A DNA stretch of 64,000 nucleotides from an uncultured Bacteroidota bacterium (GTDB taxonomy: Bacteria > Bacteroidota > Rhodothermia > Rhodothermales > Rubricoccaceae), in the NCBI GenBank assembly GCA_963848075.1, contig CAWKCB010000004.1, positions 1,270,376-1,334,375 of the forward strand, given 5' to 3'. The number at the start of each line of letters is the position of its first letter. The first letter of the stretch is position 1. Positions 24,797 through 33,162 of this stretch are shown one piece after another. A model generated the notes under the pieces. That model was given only the letters and a program-made list of their open reading frames with translations. It was not told the DNA's origin and did no database searches. Both the position numbers and the translations under genes were made by a program.

Positions 24797-24832
24797 AAAA
24801 AAGGGGCCGCCCGGCAGATGCCGGGCGGCCCC
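24797..24832 (-). terminator. rho-independent terminator of the porin-like gene
   Basis: Perfect 13-bp stem GGGGCCGCCCGGC (24803-24815) / GCCGGGCGGCCCC (24820-24832) with an AGAT loop. The A6 run at 24797-24802 gives a U tract on the minus-strand transcript. Confidence 0.85.
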
Positions 24833-24853
24833 AAGACTACGGATCCGCCGGGG

Positions 24854-26017
24854 CTAGTTGAAGCCGACCGAGAGACCGACGGTACCGCCGATGGACGGCT
24901 TGACAGAGTTAGCGCCACCGATGGGGTACCCATAATCAGTGTACTCCTCCTGGACAGCGAACTTGACAAAGATGGACGCGGGGAGGTTCGGCGGCGAGAT
25001 CCGGATGTACGGCGAGACGGTGCCGGCGTGGCTGCCGATCCCGGACGTCGTGCCGATGTTCTCGACCGTCGGCTGATCGAACCGCGTCTGGATCTGGGCC
25101 GAGGCCCCGATCTCGAACACGCTCAGCTTGACGCCGGCCCCGAACATGAAGTTCAGGAGGTCCGAGTCGTCGTCCACCTCCGGCACGCCACCGGCCTGGA
25201 GCATGAAGTAGTCGATGCCGCCGAACAGGCGGAACCGATCGCTCGGGTAGTCGAAGTCGGCGCCGAACGTGATGGCGTCGCGGCCGTCCGAGTTCGAGAG
25301 CGCCGTCGGAAGCAGGAGCGGCGAGAACGCGGCGTTACCGGCGACGAGGGCCGTCGGCTGGATGTTCGGGGAGCCGTCGGCGTTGCGGGGCCCGATAGAG
25401 AGGGGCTGCTCGCCGAACCCGGGGATGTTCGCCCGGGCCTGGTCGCCGAACTCGCGCTCGCTGCCCAGGTCGAAGATGTAGCCGCCGTGGACGCCGACGA
25501 CGCGGCCGCGGGCCGAGCCGAACACCTTAACGCCCTGGAGACCGAAGTCGCTCTCGATGTTGCCGATCCCGTTCGTGAACGAGGGCGTGTCGGAGCCGGC
25601 CTGGAACTCGTTCTTGGCGACCGTCAGCAGGGCGCCGCCGCCGAGCTTGAAGGCCGGGAAGCTGATGAAGTTGACCTGGGCGCCGACGTTGACGCGCTGG
25701 CTCACGATGTCGCCGTTGGTGCCGGCCACGTTCAGCTCACCGTCGTTGCCCCTGGTGTCCCAGATGCTCTCGGCCTCGCCCCAGGCGTAGGACGCCCACA
25801 GCTTGATCGGGGCGGCGTCGGAGGGGATCCCGAGCGCGTACGTGTCGAGGGTGATGGTCTGGGGGTCCTGGGCCGACGCGCCGGTCTCGAAGACGCCGGG
25901 CGTCGCGTTCTCGGCCGTCCGGGGCGAGTCGGTGTCGTTCTTCTTCTTGTCGTCGTCACCGGGGGTGCCGATCGCGAGCGAGCCGGCCAACAGGCCAACG
26001 AGTGCCACGTTGAGCAT
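24854..26017 (-). CDS. outer-membrane beta-barrel (porin-like) protein
   Basis: N-terminal signal-like segment, alternating beta-strand pattern rich in G/N/F/Y, and C-terminal ...GLSVGFN. Confidence 0.65.
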   Translation of the reverse strand: MLNVALVGLLAGSLAIGTPGDDDKKKNDTDSPRTAENATPGVFETGASAQDPQTITLDTYALGIPSDAAPIKLWASYAWGEAESIWDTRGNDGELNVAGTNGDIVSQRVNVGAQVNFISFPAFKLGGGALLTVAKNEFQAGSDTPSFTNGIGNIESDFGLQGVKVFGSARGRVVGVHGGYIFDLGSEREFGDQARANIPGFGEQPLSIGPRNADGSPNIQPTALVAGNAAFSPLLLPTALSNSDGRDAITFGADFDYPSDRFRLFGGIDYFMLQAGGVPEVDDDSDLLNFMFGAGVKLSVFEIGASAQIQTRFDQPTVENIGTTSGIGSHAGTVSPYIRISPPNLPASIFVKFAVQEEYTDYGYPIGGANSVKPSIGGTVGLSVGFN

Positions 26018-26201
26018 GAGAAATCCTCTGGGGGTTGCGGGGGGATATAGACGGGGTGCAAGCGAGGAGCGCTTGCAGTGGGGCTCCTAAGCCCGCATCC
26101 TCGGGCGGTTCCGACCGGAAGATCCCCCGGACCTAGGAACGGCCACCAGGAACGGCACGGGACGTCCCTCGCTACCTTCTTCGCACACGCTCCCCACAGT
26201 A

Positions 26202-27971
26202 ATGGACTCTCCGGCTCGTGCTGCCCAGGCCTTCCTCGACCGCGAGCGGTCGCTGCTCAGCGCGCTCAGCGCCCTCCTCGACCGGTCCGACGCCCCCGAG
26301 GACACGCGCCGCCGCCTGGCCGACCTCGCCCGGACGCTCGACGAGCTGTTCCTGCTCGTCGTCGCCGGCGAGTTCAACGCGGGCAAGTCGACCGTCGTCA
26401 ACGCGCTCTTCGGGCGGCGCGTCATGGAGGAGGGGCCCGTCCCGACGACCGACAAGATCACCGTCCTGCGCCACGGCGACGCCGACGCGACGCACCGGCG
26501 CGGCGACCACGTCACCGTGCGGACGCTCGACCACCCGCTCCTGGAGAGCCTGGCCCTCGTTGACACGCCCGGGACCAACTCGATCGTCAAGGAGCACCAG
26601 GCCCTGACCGAGGACTACATCCCGCGCGCCGACTTGGTCCTGTTCGTGACCAGCTACGACCGGCCGCTCTCGGACTCCGAACGGACGTTCCTCGAGTACA
26701 TCCGCGGCGCCTGGGGCCGGCGCCTGGTCGTCGCCGTCAACAAGGCGGACCTGGCCGAGACCGAGGCGGCGCTCGACCAGGTGCTCGGCCACGTCCGCGA
26801 CGGGCTCGCGCGGATCTTCGCCGAGGCCGGCATCGAGGACGCCCGGCCGCCGCTGCTCTTCCCCGTCGCCGCCCGGCTCGCGCTCCAGGCCAAAGAGTCC
26901 GACCCCGACGGTTACCGCACGGACGAGCGGTGGGAGCGGTCCCGGTTCGCCTCGTTCGAGCGGTTCCTGACCGAGACGCTGACCGAGGGCGCCCGGGTCG
27001 CGCTCAAGCTGGCCGGCCCGCTCGACGCGGCCCAGACGCTGCTCGCCGACGTCCGCGAGCGGATCGAGGCCCAGCGCGAGATCCTCTCGGCCGACGAGAC
27101 GGAGCTGGCGACGCTGAACGGCCGGTTCGACGAGGTCCGCGCCCAGCTCGGCGAGGTCGCCGGCCGGGCCGTGGCCGACGTCGACCGCGAGCTGCTGGAG
27201 ATGGAGAAGCGGGGCGTCCGCTTCCTCGACGACACCATCCGCGTCTCGCGCCTCACCCTGATCCGCGACCGGAACGCGTTCCGCGAGGAGTTCGACCGCC
27301 AGGTCGTCCGCGACGCCGAGCACCGGATCGAGTCCCGCTTGGGCGAGGCCGCCGACGCCCTGCTCCGCCGCGTGTTCGAGCTGTGGAACGAGACCTACAC
27401 CCGGCTCGCCGACTTGCGCCGGGACCGGGCCCGCTCCGAGAGCGGGTTCCTCTACGACCGCGAGGAGGTCCTGCGCGACGTGCTCAAGGAGGCCCGGCGG
27501 GCCATCGACCAGTACGACGTGGGCGAGGAGGCCCGGCGCCTGCTCGAGAACGCCCGCTCGGCGCTGACCGTCGGCGGGGCCACGGCGGTCGGCGTCGGGG
27601 CCATCGCGGTGGTGCTCATCGCAACGACGGCGTTCGACGTGACGGGCGGGGTCCTGGCGGCCGGCGCGCTGGCGGCCCTCGGGTTCATCGTGCTGCCGGC
27701 CCAGCGGCGCCGCGCCGTCAAGGAGTTCTCCGAGCGCGTCGACACGCTGCGGGCCGAGCTCCGCGACGGGCTCGAGCGCGAGCTGACCGACGAGGTGGAC
27801 CAGGCCGTGGCCAAGGTCCGGGCGCTGGTCCTGCCCGTGGCCCGGCTGGCGCTCGACGCCCGCGCCGCGCTCGACGCCCAGGCCGCCGACGCCGACCGGA
27901 TCGACGCCGAGGCCACCGCGCTCCGCGCCGAGGTCCGCACCACCTTCGGGACGGGCGACGTGGAGGGGTAG
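26202..27971 (+). CDS. bacterial dynamin-like GTPase (BDLP family)
   Basis: G1 GEFNAGKST, G3 VDTPGTNS, G4 VNKADL. Long helical stalk and a hydrophobic paddle (VGVGAIAVVLIATTAFDVTGGVLAAGALAALGFIVL). Confidence 0.85.
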   Translation: MDSPARAAQAFLDRERSLLSALSALLDRSDAPEDTRRRLADLARTLDELFLLVVAGEFNAGKSTVVNALFGRRVMEEGPVPTTDKITVLRHGDADATHRRGDHVTVRTLDHPLLESLALVDTPGTNSIVKEHQALTEDYIPRADLVLFVTSYDRPLSDSERTFLEYIRGAWGRRLVVAVNKADLAETEAALDQVLGHVRDGLARIFAEAGIEDARPPLLFPVAARLALQAKESDPDGYRTDERWERSRFASFERFLTETLTEGARVALKLAGPLDAAQTLLADVRERIEAQREILSADETELATLNGRFDEVRAQLGEVAGRAVADVDRELLEMEKRGVRFLDDTIRVSRLTLIRDRNAFREEFDRQVVRDAEHRIESRLGEAADALLRRVFELWNETYTRLADLRRDRARSESGFLYDREEVLRDVLKEARRAIDQYDVGEEARRLLENARSALTVGGATAVGVGAIAVVLIATTAFDVTGGVLAAGALAALGFIVLPAQRRRAVKEFSERVDTLRAELRDGLERELTDEVDQAVAKVRALVLPVARLALDARAALDAQAADADRIDAEATALRAEVRTTFGTGDVEG

Positions 27972-28047
27972 GGTTCGGGGACGGAGGCCGTCGTTAAGCG
28001 TCAACCTGAGGCAGAGCGCCGCCCGGCGTTCGGGCTCGTCCCGTCGG

Positions 28048-28731
28048 TCATCGTGGCTCCGCCCGGCCCTGCTGGTCCGTGTCGAGGTCCACGATCTTCT
28101 TCCGCCGACGCTTCAGGCGCGCGTCCCAGTCAAGATCCGCGAGGAGGTATGCGAACGTTGCCCCCTCCCCCACAGTCACGGTCGTCTGCCCGGACTGGTT
28201 GGCGTCTGCCCCGACCGTGACCTCAATGGGCCCGCGGCCGGCCGTGATCTCCACATTCTGGCTGCGTCCGAACGTGTCGACAATGGAGGCCTCGGCGGCG
28301 ACGAACACGTCGGTGACGATGCGGGCGCGCCGACCTATGGATTTGAGGTCGCGGAGCGCATCCTTGTCGGCATTCGCCATCCTCTCGATGTCGTCGTGAT
28401 CGAGGCCGAGCTTGACCAGCTTCAGCGATCCCTCCTGCAAGCGCTCCCAGGCCTGGCCGGCACTGCCAGTGAAACCGATTCCCTTGAGCGTGCCCTCGAC
28501 GGCCTCGACGAACTTCGATTTCCGGGTCCGGCTGAAGTCGATTTCGACCGTGTAGACCTTGGCCTTCTTCGTCTTAGGGATCTTGATCTCGCCCTCGACC
28601 TCGAGGTAGTTCGCGCCCGCTACGGGCCAGCGTTTCTCCCCGTACGAGAGGAGCCGGACGTCCTCGGACCCGGCGCGAAAGTAGCGGATGTTGTTGTAGT
28701 TGAGAGAGCGGTATCTCACGACGGCTTTCAT
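28048..28731 (-). CDS. hypothetical beta-rich protein in low-GC islet (possible gasdermin-N-like pore-forming fold; unverified)
   Basis: 227 aa from ATG 28731 (MKAVVRYRSL...). No TM segment or known motif. Segments RRARIVTDVFVAAEASIV and TVTVGEGATFAYLLADLDWD are followed by a 24-aa charged tail. Local GC is 29/60 at 28681-28740. Confidence 0.6.
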   Translation of the reverse strand: MKAVVRYRSLNYNNIRYFRAGSEDVRLLSYGEKRWPVAGANYLEVEGEIKIPKTKKAKVYTVEIDFSRTRKSKFVEAVEGTLKGIGFTGSAGQAWERLQEGSLKLVKLGLDHDDIERMANADKDALRDLKSIGRRARIVTDVFVAAEASIVDTFGRSQNVEITAGRGPIEVTVGADANQSGQTTVTVGEGATFAYLLADLDWDARLKRRRKKIVDLDTDQQGRAEPR

Positions 28732-28870
28732 GATTACAGGGTGTTGGTGGATGGGTCTCCCGATGCGGCCGGTCCCCGAATGAGTTCTCGAAGACGACCT
28801 CGAACACGCGATAGTCGAGGATAGGAGATGATGAGTTTTGGTTTCCATATGGCAATTGCCCTATTCTGGA
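28732..28870. promoter_or_regulatory. AT-rich divergent intergenic region (putative divergent promoters)
   Basis: Lies between divergently oriented genes. Hand count of 28801-28860 gives 28/60 GC, the lowest-GC stretch noticed in the window. No consensus elements assigned. Confidence 0.4.
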
Positions 28871-29989
28871 ATGAATCTCGTACCGGCCACCATGCCGTTC
28901 TTTTCTGCTGACATCCTCGGCCCTCTGCGCGAAGCCCAGCGCGCGCTCCTCTCGCTCGACGCCAACGGAGACCTCGCCTCGTGGGCTACGCCTGCGTTCG
29001 CTCCCCTCTCTGAGTTGTTCCGGACGGACCACGTGTTCACCGTCGCCCCGGATGAGAGCGGAGAACGGCTCTCGATCTGCCACCCCGCGGCGGACGACTC
29101 GTTCGCGGAGGGGATCGCGAGGGAGTTCGTAGGCTTTGAGGACGGGTTCACGCGCTTCCGCGAGGCCTACCCAACCGGACTCCACCAGGTGCTCAAGTTG
29201 GCCGGCCCCGGCGTGCACCACGATGCCCCATTTATCAAGGGCCGGATCCGGGAGTCGCAGGCGATCTACCACGGCGTGCTGCGACCGGCCCAGGTTGAGC
29301 GCCAGCTCGCGGTAGCCGTCCCTCTCGAGACAGGAGAGGCGCTGCTGGAGATCGGGTTCGATGCGCGACACGTTCCGGCGATGGGTGAGGCCCGGCACCT
29401 TGCCCTCGGCCTCCTCCTCCCAGCTTTTGAGGCCGGCGTCCGGATCCGTGAGGCGGCCGGCGTTGCGGCCCGCCGGGAGTCTGCAGCGCTCGACGCGAGC
29501 GGAGCCGCTGTATTGGCCGTCGACGCGGACGGGATTGAACGGCACCGGACGCCTGCGTTCGAACGCCTCGTCGCGTCCGAACCTGAACGCGAGGATCTGA
29601 TCCGGGCTGTCGCCACATTCGCTCAGGAGCACACCCGAGGTGCGTCGCCGCCTCCCTCGCGGACTCTGCTGCTCGCAAGCGGTGCCTATGTGCTCCGAGC
29701 CACCCACGACGCTTCCATCCTCGAGGGGCCAGGCCTGCTCGTGTTTGTGGAGCGCCTGTCCGTGCTCCCGCCGGCGGCGGCCTTACAGACTCGGTTCGGG
29801 CTCTCCCCACGGGAAGCCGAGGTAACCCTTTTGTTGGCACAGGGGCACTCGGACAAAAGTGTAGCCGATGTTTTGTTCATCAGCCCCCACACGGCCCGAC
29901 GGCACGCCGAGCGGGTTCTGAAAAAAATCGGCGTGTCGAGCCGGTCAGCTGTCGCCTACGCCTGCCTAACGGGACCGGGTAGGCTGTAG
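28871..29989 (+). CDS. LuxR-family transcriptional regulator (C-terminal HTH, uncharacterised N-terminal sensor-like domain)
   Basis: C-terminus LSPREAEVTLLLAQGHSDKSVADVLFISPHTARRHAERVLKKIGVSSRSA is a GerE/LuxR HTH. Start is ambiguous (TTG 28838, ATG 28871 or ATG 28892). Confidence 0.8.
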   Translation: MNLVPATMPFFSADILGPLREAQRALLSLDANGDLASWATPAFAPLSELFRTDHVFTVAPDESGERLSICHPAADDSFAEGIAREFVGFEDGFTRFREAYPTGLHQVLKLAGPGVHHDAPFIKGRIRESQAIYHGVLRPAQVERQLAVAVPLETGEALLEIGFDARHVPAMGEARHLALGLLLPAFEAGVRIREAAGVAARRESAALDASGAAVLAVDADGIERHRTPAFERLVASEPEREDLIRAVATFAQEHTRGASPPPSRTLLLASGAYVLRATHDASILEGPGLLVFVERLSVLPPAAALQTRFGLSPREAEVTLLLAQGHSDKSVADVLFISPHTARRHAERVLKKIGVSSRSAVAYACLTGPGRL

Positions 29990-29994
29990 GTCCC

Positions 29995-31332
29995 TCATTC
30001 CTCGTCTTCGATCCGCCGCGCCTCGCGCTCCTCCGCGTCTGACCGGCGCGAGTACCACTTCATGAGCGGCGTGACGGAGACCCCGTGGACGACGATGCTG
30101 ACGGCGATGGTCGTCAGGACCAGGCCGAGCAGGAGGTCCGAGAAGCCGTCGTCGAGCCCGTGCGTCTCGGCGAACATGAGGTAGTAGACCGAGCCGATCC
30201 CGCGGACGCCGAACCACGCGATCAGCTCGCGCTGGAGCCCGCTCGACGACGACCCCGCCATCCCGATCCAGACCGCCAGCGGGCGGACGATGAGGAGCAC
30301 CGCCGGGACGAACCAGAGCGCGTCGAGCGTCCAGTCGGCCCGGTGGAGCAGCGCGCCGACGAGGACCACCAAGGCCACCGCCCCGATCCGCTCGAGCTGC
30401 TCGGCGAACCCGAGCACGGCCGACGCCATGTAGGCCGGGGCCACGTGCTCGTCGACGGCGACCTCCTCGGCCTGGCCCTCGTGGGCCATCGCCTCGACGT
30501 CCGCGGCCGGCTCGTCGCCGGTCTCGCGGCGCTCCTCGGCGCGGAGCGCGAGCCCGGCCGCGAACGCCGCCAGGAACGCGTAGGTGCTCACCAGGAGCGC
30601 CACGCCGTAGGCCAGCGCCACCAGCCCGAGCGCCAGGAAGTCGTCCGTGCCGACGGCCTCCCGGTGGGTCCGCCGGAGGTACACCACCAGCCGCCCGACG
30701 GCCACGCCCAAGAGGGCCCCCACGGCGATCCCGCCGAACACGGCCCACACGACGTCGACCAGGAGCCAGCGGCTGAAGTTCACGCCGACGTCGTGGAGGC
30801 CGAGCAGCCCCAGCCCCAGCATCACGAAGGGGAACGCGGCGCCGTCGTTGAACCCGGCCTCGCCGGTGAGCGAGAACCGGAGCCGGTCGGTGTCGTCGGG
30901 GTCCTCGATCTGGACGTCCGACGCCAACACGGGGTCGGTCGGCGCCAAGACGGCGCCCAGCAGGACGGCCGCCCCGATGGGCAGCTCCAGCCCGAACACC
31001 CCGATCGCGGCGATGCCGGCCACGGTCAACGTCATCGAGACGGTCGCGAGGCGGATCGGGAGCTTCCACCGGCCGTCCGAGAGCGGCGTCCGCAGCTTGA
31101 GCCCGGCCGCGAACAGCGACAGGATCACGACGATCTCCGTCAGCACCTCGAGGATGCCGGCCTCGTCGATCGGGTCGATCACGAGCAGCCCGATCCCGAG
31201 CGGCCCGATCCCCAGGCCGACCAGGAGGTAGAGCTGGGCGGTCGAGAGCGGGAGCCGGCCGAGCGTCGTCTTCCCCAACGCCATCAGCGTCAGGAGCAGG
31301 CCGGCGACGACGAACCAGAGAGCAAACGGCAT
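29995..31332 (-). CDS. cation:proton antiporter (CPA1, Na+/H+ exchanger family)
   Basis: 445-aa polytopic protein with typical Na_H_Exchanger pattern (GEAGFNDGAAFPFV, RGIGSVYYL). Confidence 0.85.
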   Translation of the reverse strand: MPFALWFVVAGLLLTLMALGKTTLGRLPLSTAQLYLLVGLGIGPLGIGLLVIDPIDEAGILEVLTEIVVILSLFAAGLKLRTPLSDGRWKLPIRLATVSMTLTVAGIAAIGVFGLELPIGAAVLLGAVLAPTDPVLASDVQIEDPDDTDRLRFSLTGEAGFNDGAAFPFVMLGLGLLGLHDVGVNFSRWLLVDVVWAVFGGIAVGALLGVAVGRLVVYLRRTHREAVGTDDFLALGLVALAYGVALLVSTYAFLAAFAAGLALRAEERRETGDEPAADVEAMAHEGQAEEVAVDEHVAPAYMASAVLGFAEQLERIGAVALVVLVGALLHRADWTLDALWFVPAVLLIVRPLAVWIGMAGSSSSGLQRELIAWFGVRGIGSVYYLMFAETHGLDDGFSDLLLGLVLTTIAVSIVVHGVSVTPLMKWYSRRSDAEEREARRIEDEE

Positions 31333-31450
31333 GGGCCTTCGATAGACGACCCCGGCTCGCCGAGGCGATGCCGGGGCCGGAGGGAGATGGATGTCGGAGC
31401 GCGAGCGGAGGCCTCAACGCGGCGTGCGCGTTGCCGGTCCCCCTCGGGCG

Positions 31451-31603
31451 TCAGTTGCCGCCGTTGGTGTCCTTCTTGTCGCCGCCACCGCCGGACCCGC
31501 CGCCGCCACCGCCCTGCGGGTCGTTGGTCTGCTTGATGCGGCCGGTCTTGGTGTTGTCGTCGCCGCGCTTCTCGTTGCGGGTGGTGTCGTCGGAGTCGCT
31601 CAT
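31451..31603 (-). CDS. possible 50-aa hydrophilic Gly-rich protein
   Basis: ORF below the track cutoff: MSDSDDTTRNEKRGDDNTKTGRIKQTNDPQGGGGGGSGGGGDKKDTNGGN. Nearly every third codon position is G/C, as in native genes. Confidence 0.45.
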   Translation of the reverse strand: MSDSDDTTRNEKRGDDNTKTGRIKQTNDPQGGGGGGSGGGGDKKDTNGGN

Positions 31604-31681
31604 GGGAGGGTGGGGATGGGGCACCGTACACGAGCCGGCACGCCCGGCAGGTCCGGTCGGAGGTCGGTCCCAGGCTCTCCC

Positions 31682-32332
31682 CTACCCCACCTCGTCCGCC
31701 AGCTGGCGGAGGAACGCGCGCAGGAACGCGGCGCGGCGCTCGCCCTCCGCGCGGCCGGCGTCGGTCCGCAGGGTGGCCGGCAGGCGCAGGAGCTTGGTGA
31801 ACAGGTGGTCCGTCGCCCAGCGCCGGTCGTCGAGCGGGCGCGTCGGCGGCTCCGACGGGACGGGGTCGGTCGGGTGCGTCAGGGCGGACCCCAGCGCCCC
31901 GGCCGTCGCGTAGAGACGGGCCACGCCGATGGCCCCGAGCGCGTCGAGCCGGTCGGCGTCCTGGACGACCGCCGCCTCGACCGTCTGGGGCTCGATCCCG
32001 GCCGACCAGCTGTGGGCCTCGATGACGTGGGCGACGGCGTCGAGCCGGTCGGGCGGATAGCCCTCTCCCCGCAGCCAGCCCGTCGCCGCTCCAGCCGCGA
32101 GAGCCGAGGCCCGCGCGCGGTCCGGTGCGTCCTTCGGCACCGCCACGACGTCGTGGAGCCACGCGGCCGGCACGACGACGGCCAGGTCGGCGCCCTCGGC
32201 GTCCGCGAGCCGGCGGGCCCACGTCACCACGCGGCGGACGTGGGCCAGGTCGTGCGCCGCGTCGCCGGCCATCGCCGACCGGACGTGCGTCTCGCACCGG
32301 TCCGACCACGCCTCGACCTCGGCGGCGCTCAC
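31682..32332 (-). CDS. HD-domain metal-dependent phosphohydrolase (YedJ-like)
   Basis: HDLAHVRRV ... WLHDV ... QDADRLDALGAIG motifs. GTGA overlap with the upstream gene. Confidence 0.8.
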   Translation of the reverse strand: MSAAEVEAWSDRCETHVRSAMAGDAAHDLAHVRRVVTWARRLADAEGADLAVVVPAAWLHDVVAVPKDAPDRARASALAAGAATGWLRGEGYPPDRLDAVAHVIEAHSWSAGIEPQTVEAAVVQDADRLDALGAIGVARLYATAGALGSALTHPTDPVPSEPPTRPLDDRRWATDHLFTKLLRLPATLRTDAGRAEGERRAAFLRAFLRQLADEVG

Positions 32333-33159
32333 GCCCACGCCTCGCGGTGGTCCTCCGCGAACTGGCGGAACGACCGGGGCGGGCGGCCCAGGACTCGCTC
32401 GACCGTGTCCGTCACGCGGTCGGCCAGGCCCAGCCGCGTCGACGTGTAGATCCCCGCCATGACGGCGGCGAACGCGGGGGCGTCGCCGGCCGCGAGCCGG
32501 CGCCGGACGAACGCGGCTAGGCCCGGCCGTCGGTAGTCGACGCGACGGCCGACGACGTCGGACAGGACCCGGGCGACCTCGAACAGGTCGATGGCCTCGG
32601 GCCCGGTCAGGTCGAAGGGGCCCGGGGCGGCGCCCGACGTGAGCCAGACGGCGGCCACGTCGCCGACGTCGCGGGCGTCGACCATCGACGTCTCGCCCGT
32701 TCCAGCCGGAACGTCGATCCACCCCTCGCGAACCTCGTCCGCGTGGACCTCCGAAAAGTTCTGCATGAAGTAGGCCGCTCGAAGCAGGCCCGCAGCGACC
32801 GGTGCCGCCACGAGGTGTTTCTCCGTCGATCGGTGCGGCAGCAGCGGGTTCCGGCCGGCTCCCAAGACGGACAGGAACGCGACGCGGCCCACGCCCGCCG
32901 CGACGGCTGCGTCGACGACGGGGTTGACGGCGTCGGCGCCGAGCGCGGGCGGGCGCATCAGGAACAGGCCGTCGGCCCCGTCGAGAGCGGGCCGGTGCGT
33001 GGTCGCATCGGCGAAGTCGAAGCGGACGGGCTCGGCCCCGTCCGGCAGTGCGTCGTCCGTGTGGCGGACGGCCGCGACCGTATCGTGCCCGTCGGCCAGG
33101 AGCCGTCGGACGACGGCCGCCCCAACGGTGCCGGTTGCCCCGGTGACGACGATGCGCAT
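32329..33159 (-). CDS. NmrA-like / NAD(P)-binding Rossmann-fold protein
   Basis: MRIVVTGATGTVGAAVVRRLL N-terminal dinucleotide-binding motif. Confidence 0.75.
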   Translation of the reverse strand: MRIVVTGATGTVGAAVVRRLLADGHDTVAAVRHTDDALPDGAEPVRFDFADATTHRPALDGADGLFLMRPPALGADAVNPVVDAAVAAGVGRVAFLSVLGAGRNPLLPHRSTEKHLVAAPVAAGLLRAAYFMQNFSEVHADEVREGWIDVPAGTGETSMVDARDVGDVAAVWLTSGAAPGPFDLTGPEAIDLFEVARVLSDVVGRRVDYRRPGLAAFVRRRLAAGDAPAFAAVMAGIYTSTRLGLADRVTDTVERVLGRPPRSFRQFAEDHREAWA

Positions 33160-33162
33160 GGG

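Noticed and set aside
28732-28848. Longer version of the islet ORF starting at METKTHHLLSS...
   Set aside because: The extra 39 codons lie in the AT-rich divergent promoter region and have an unnatural S/T/R/H-rich composition. The internal ATG 28731 (MKAVVRY...) was preferred, though the true start is unverified.
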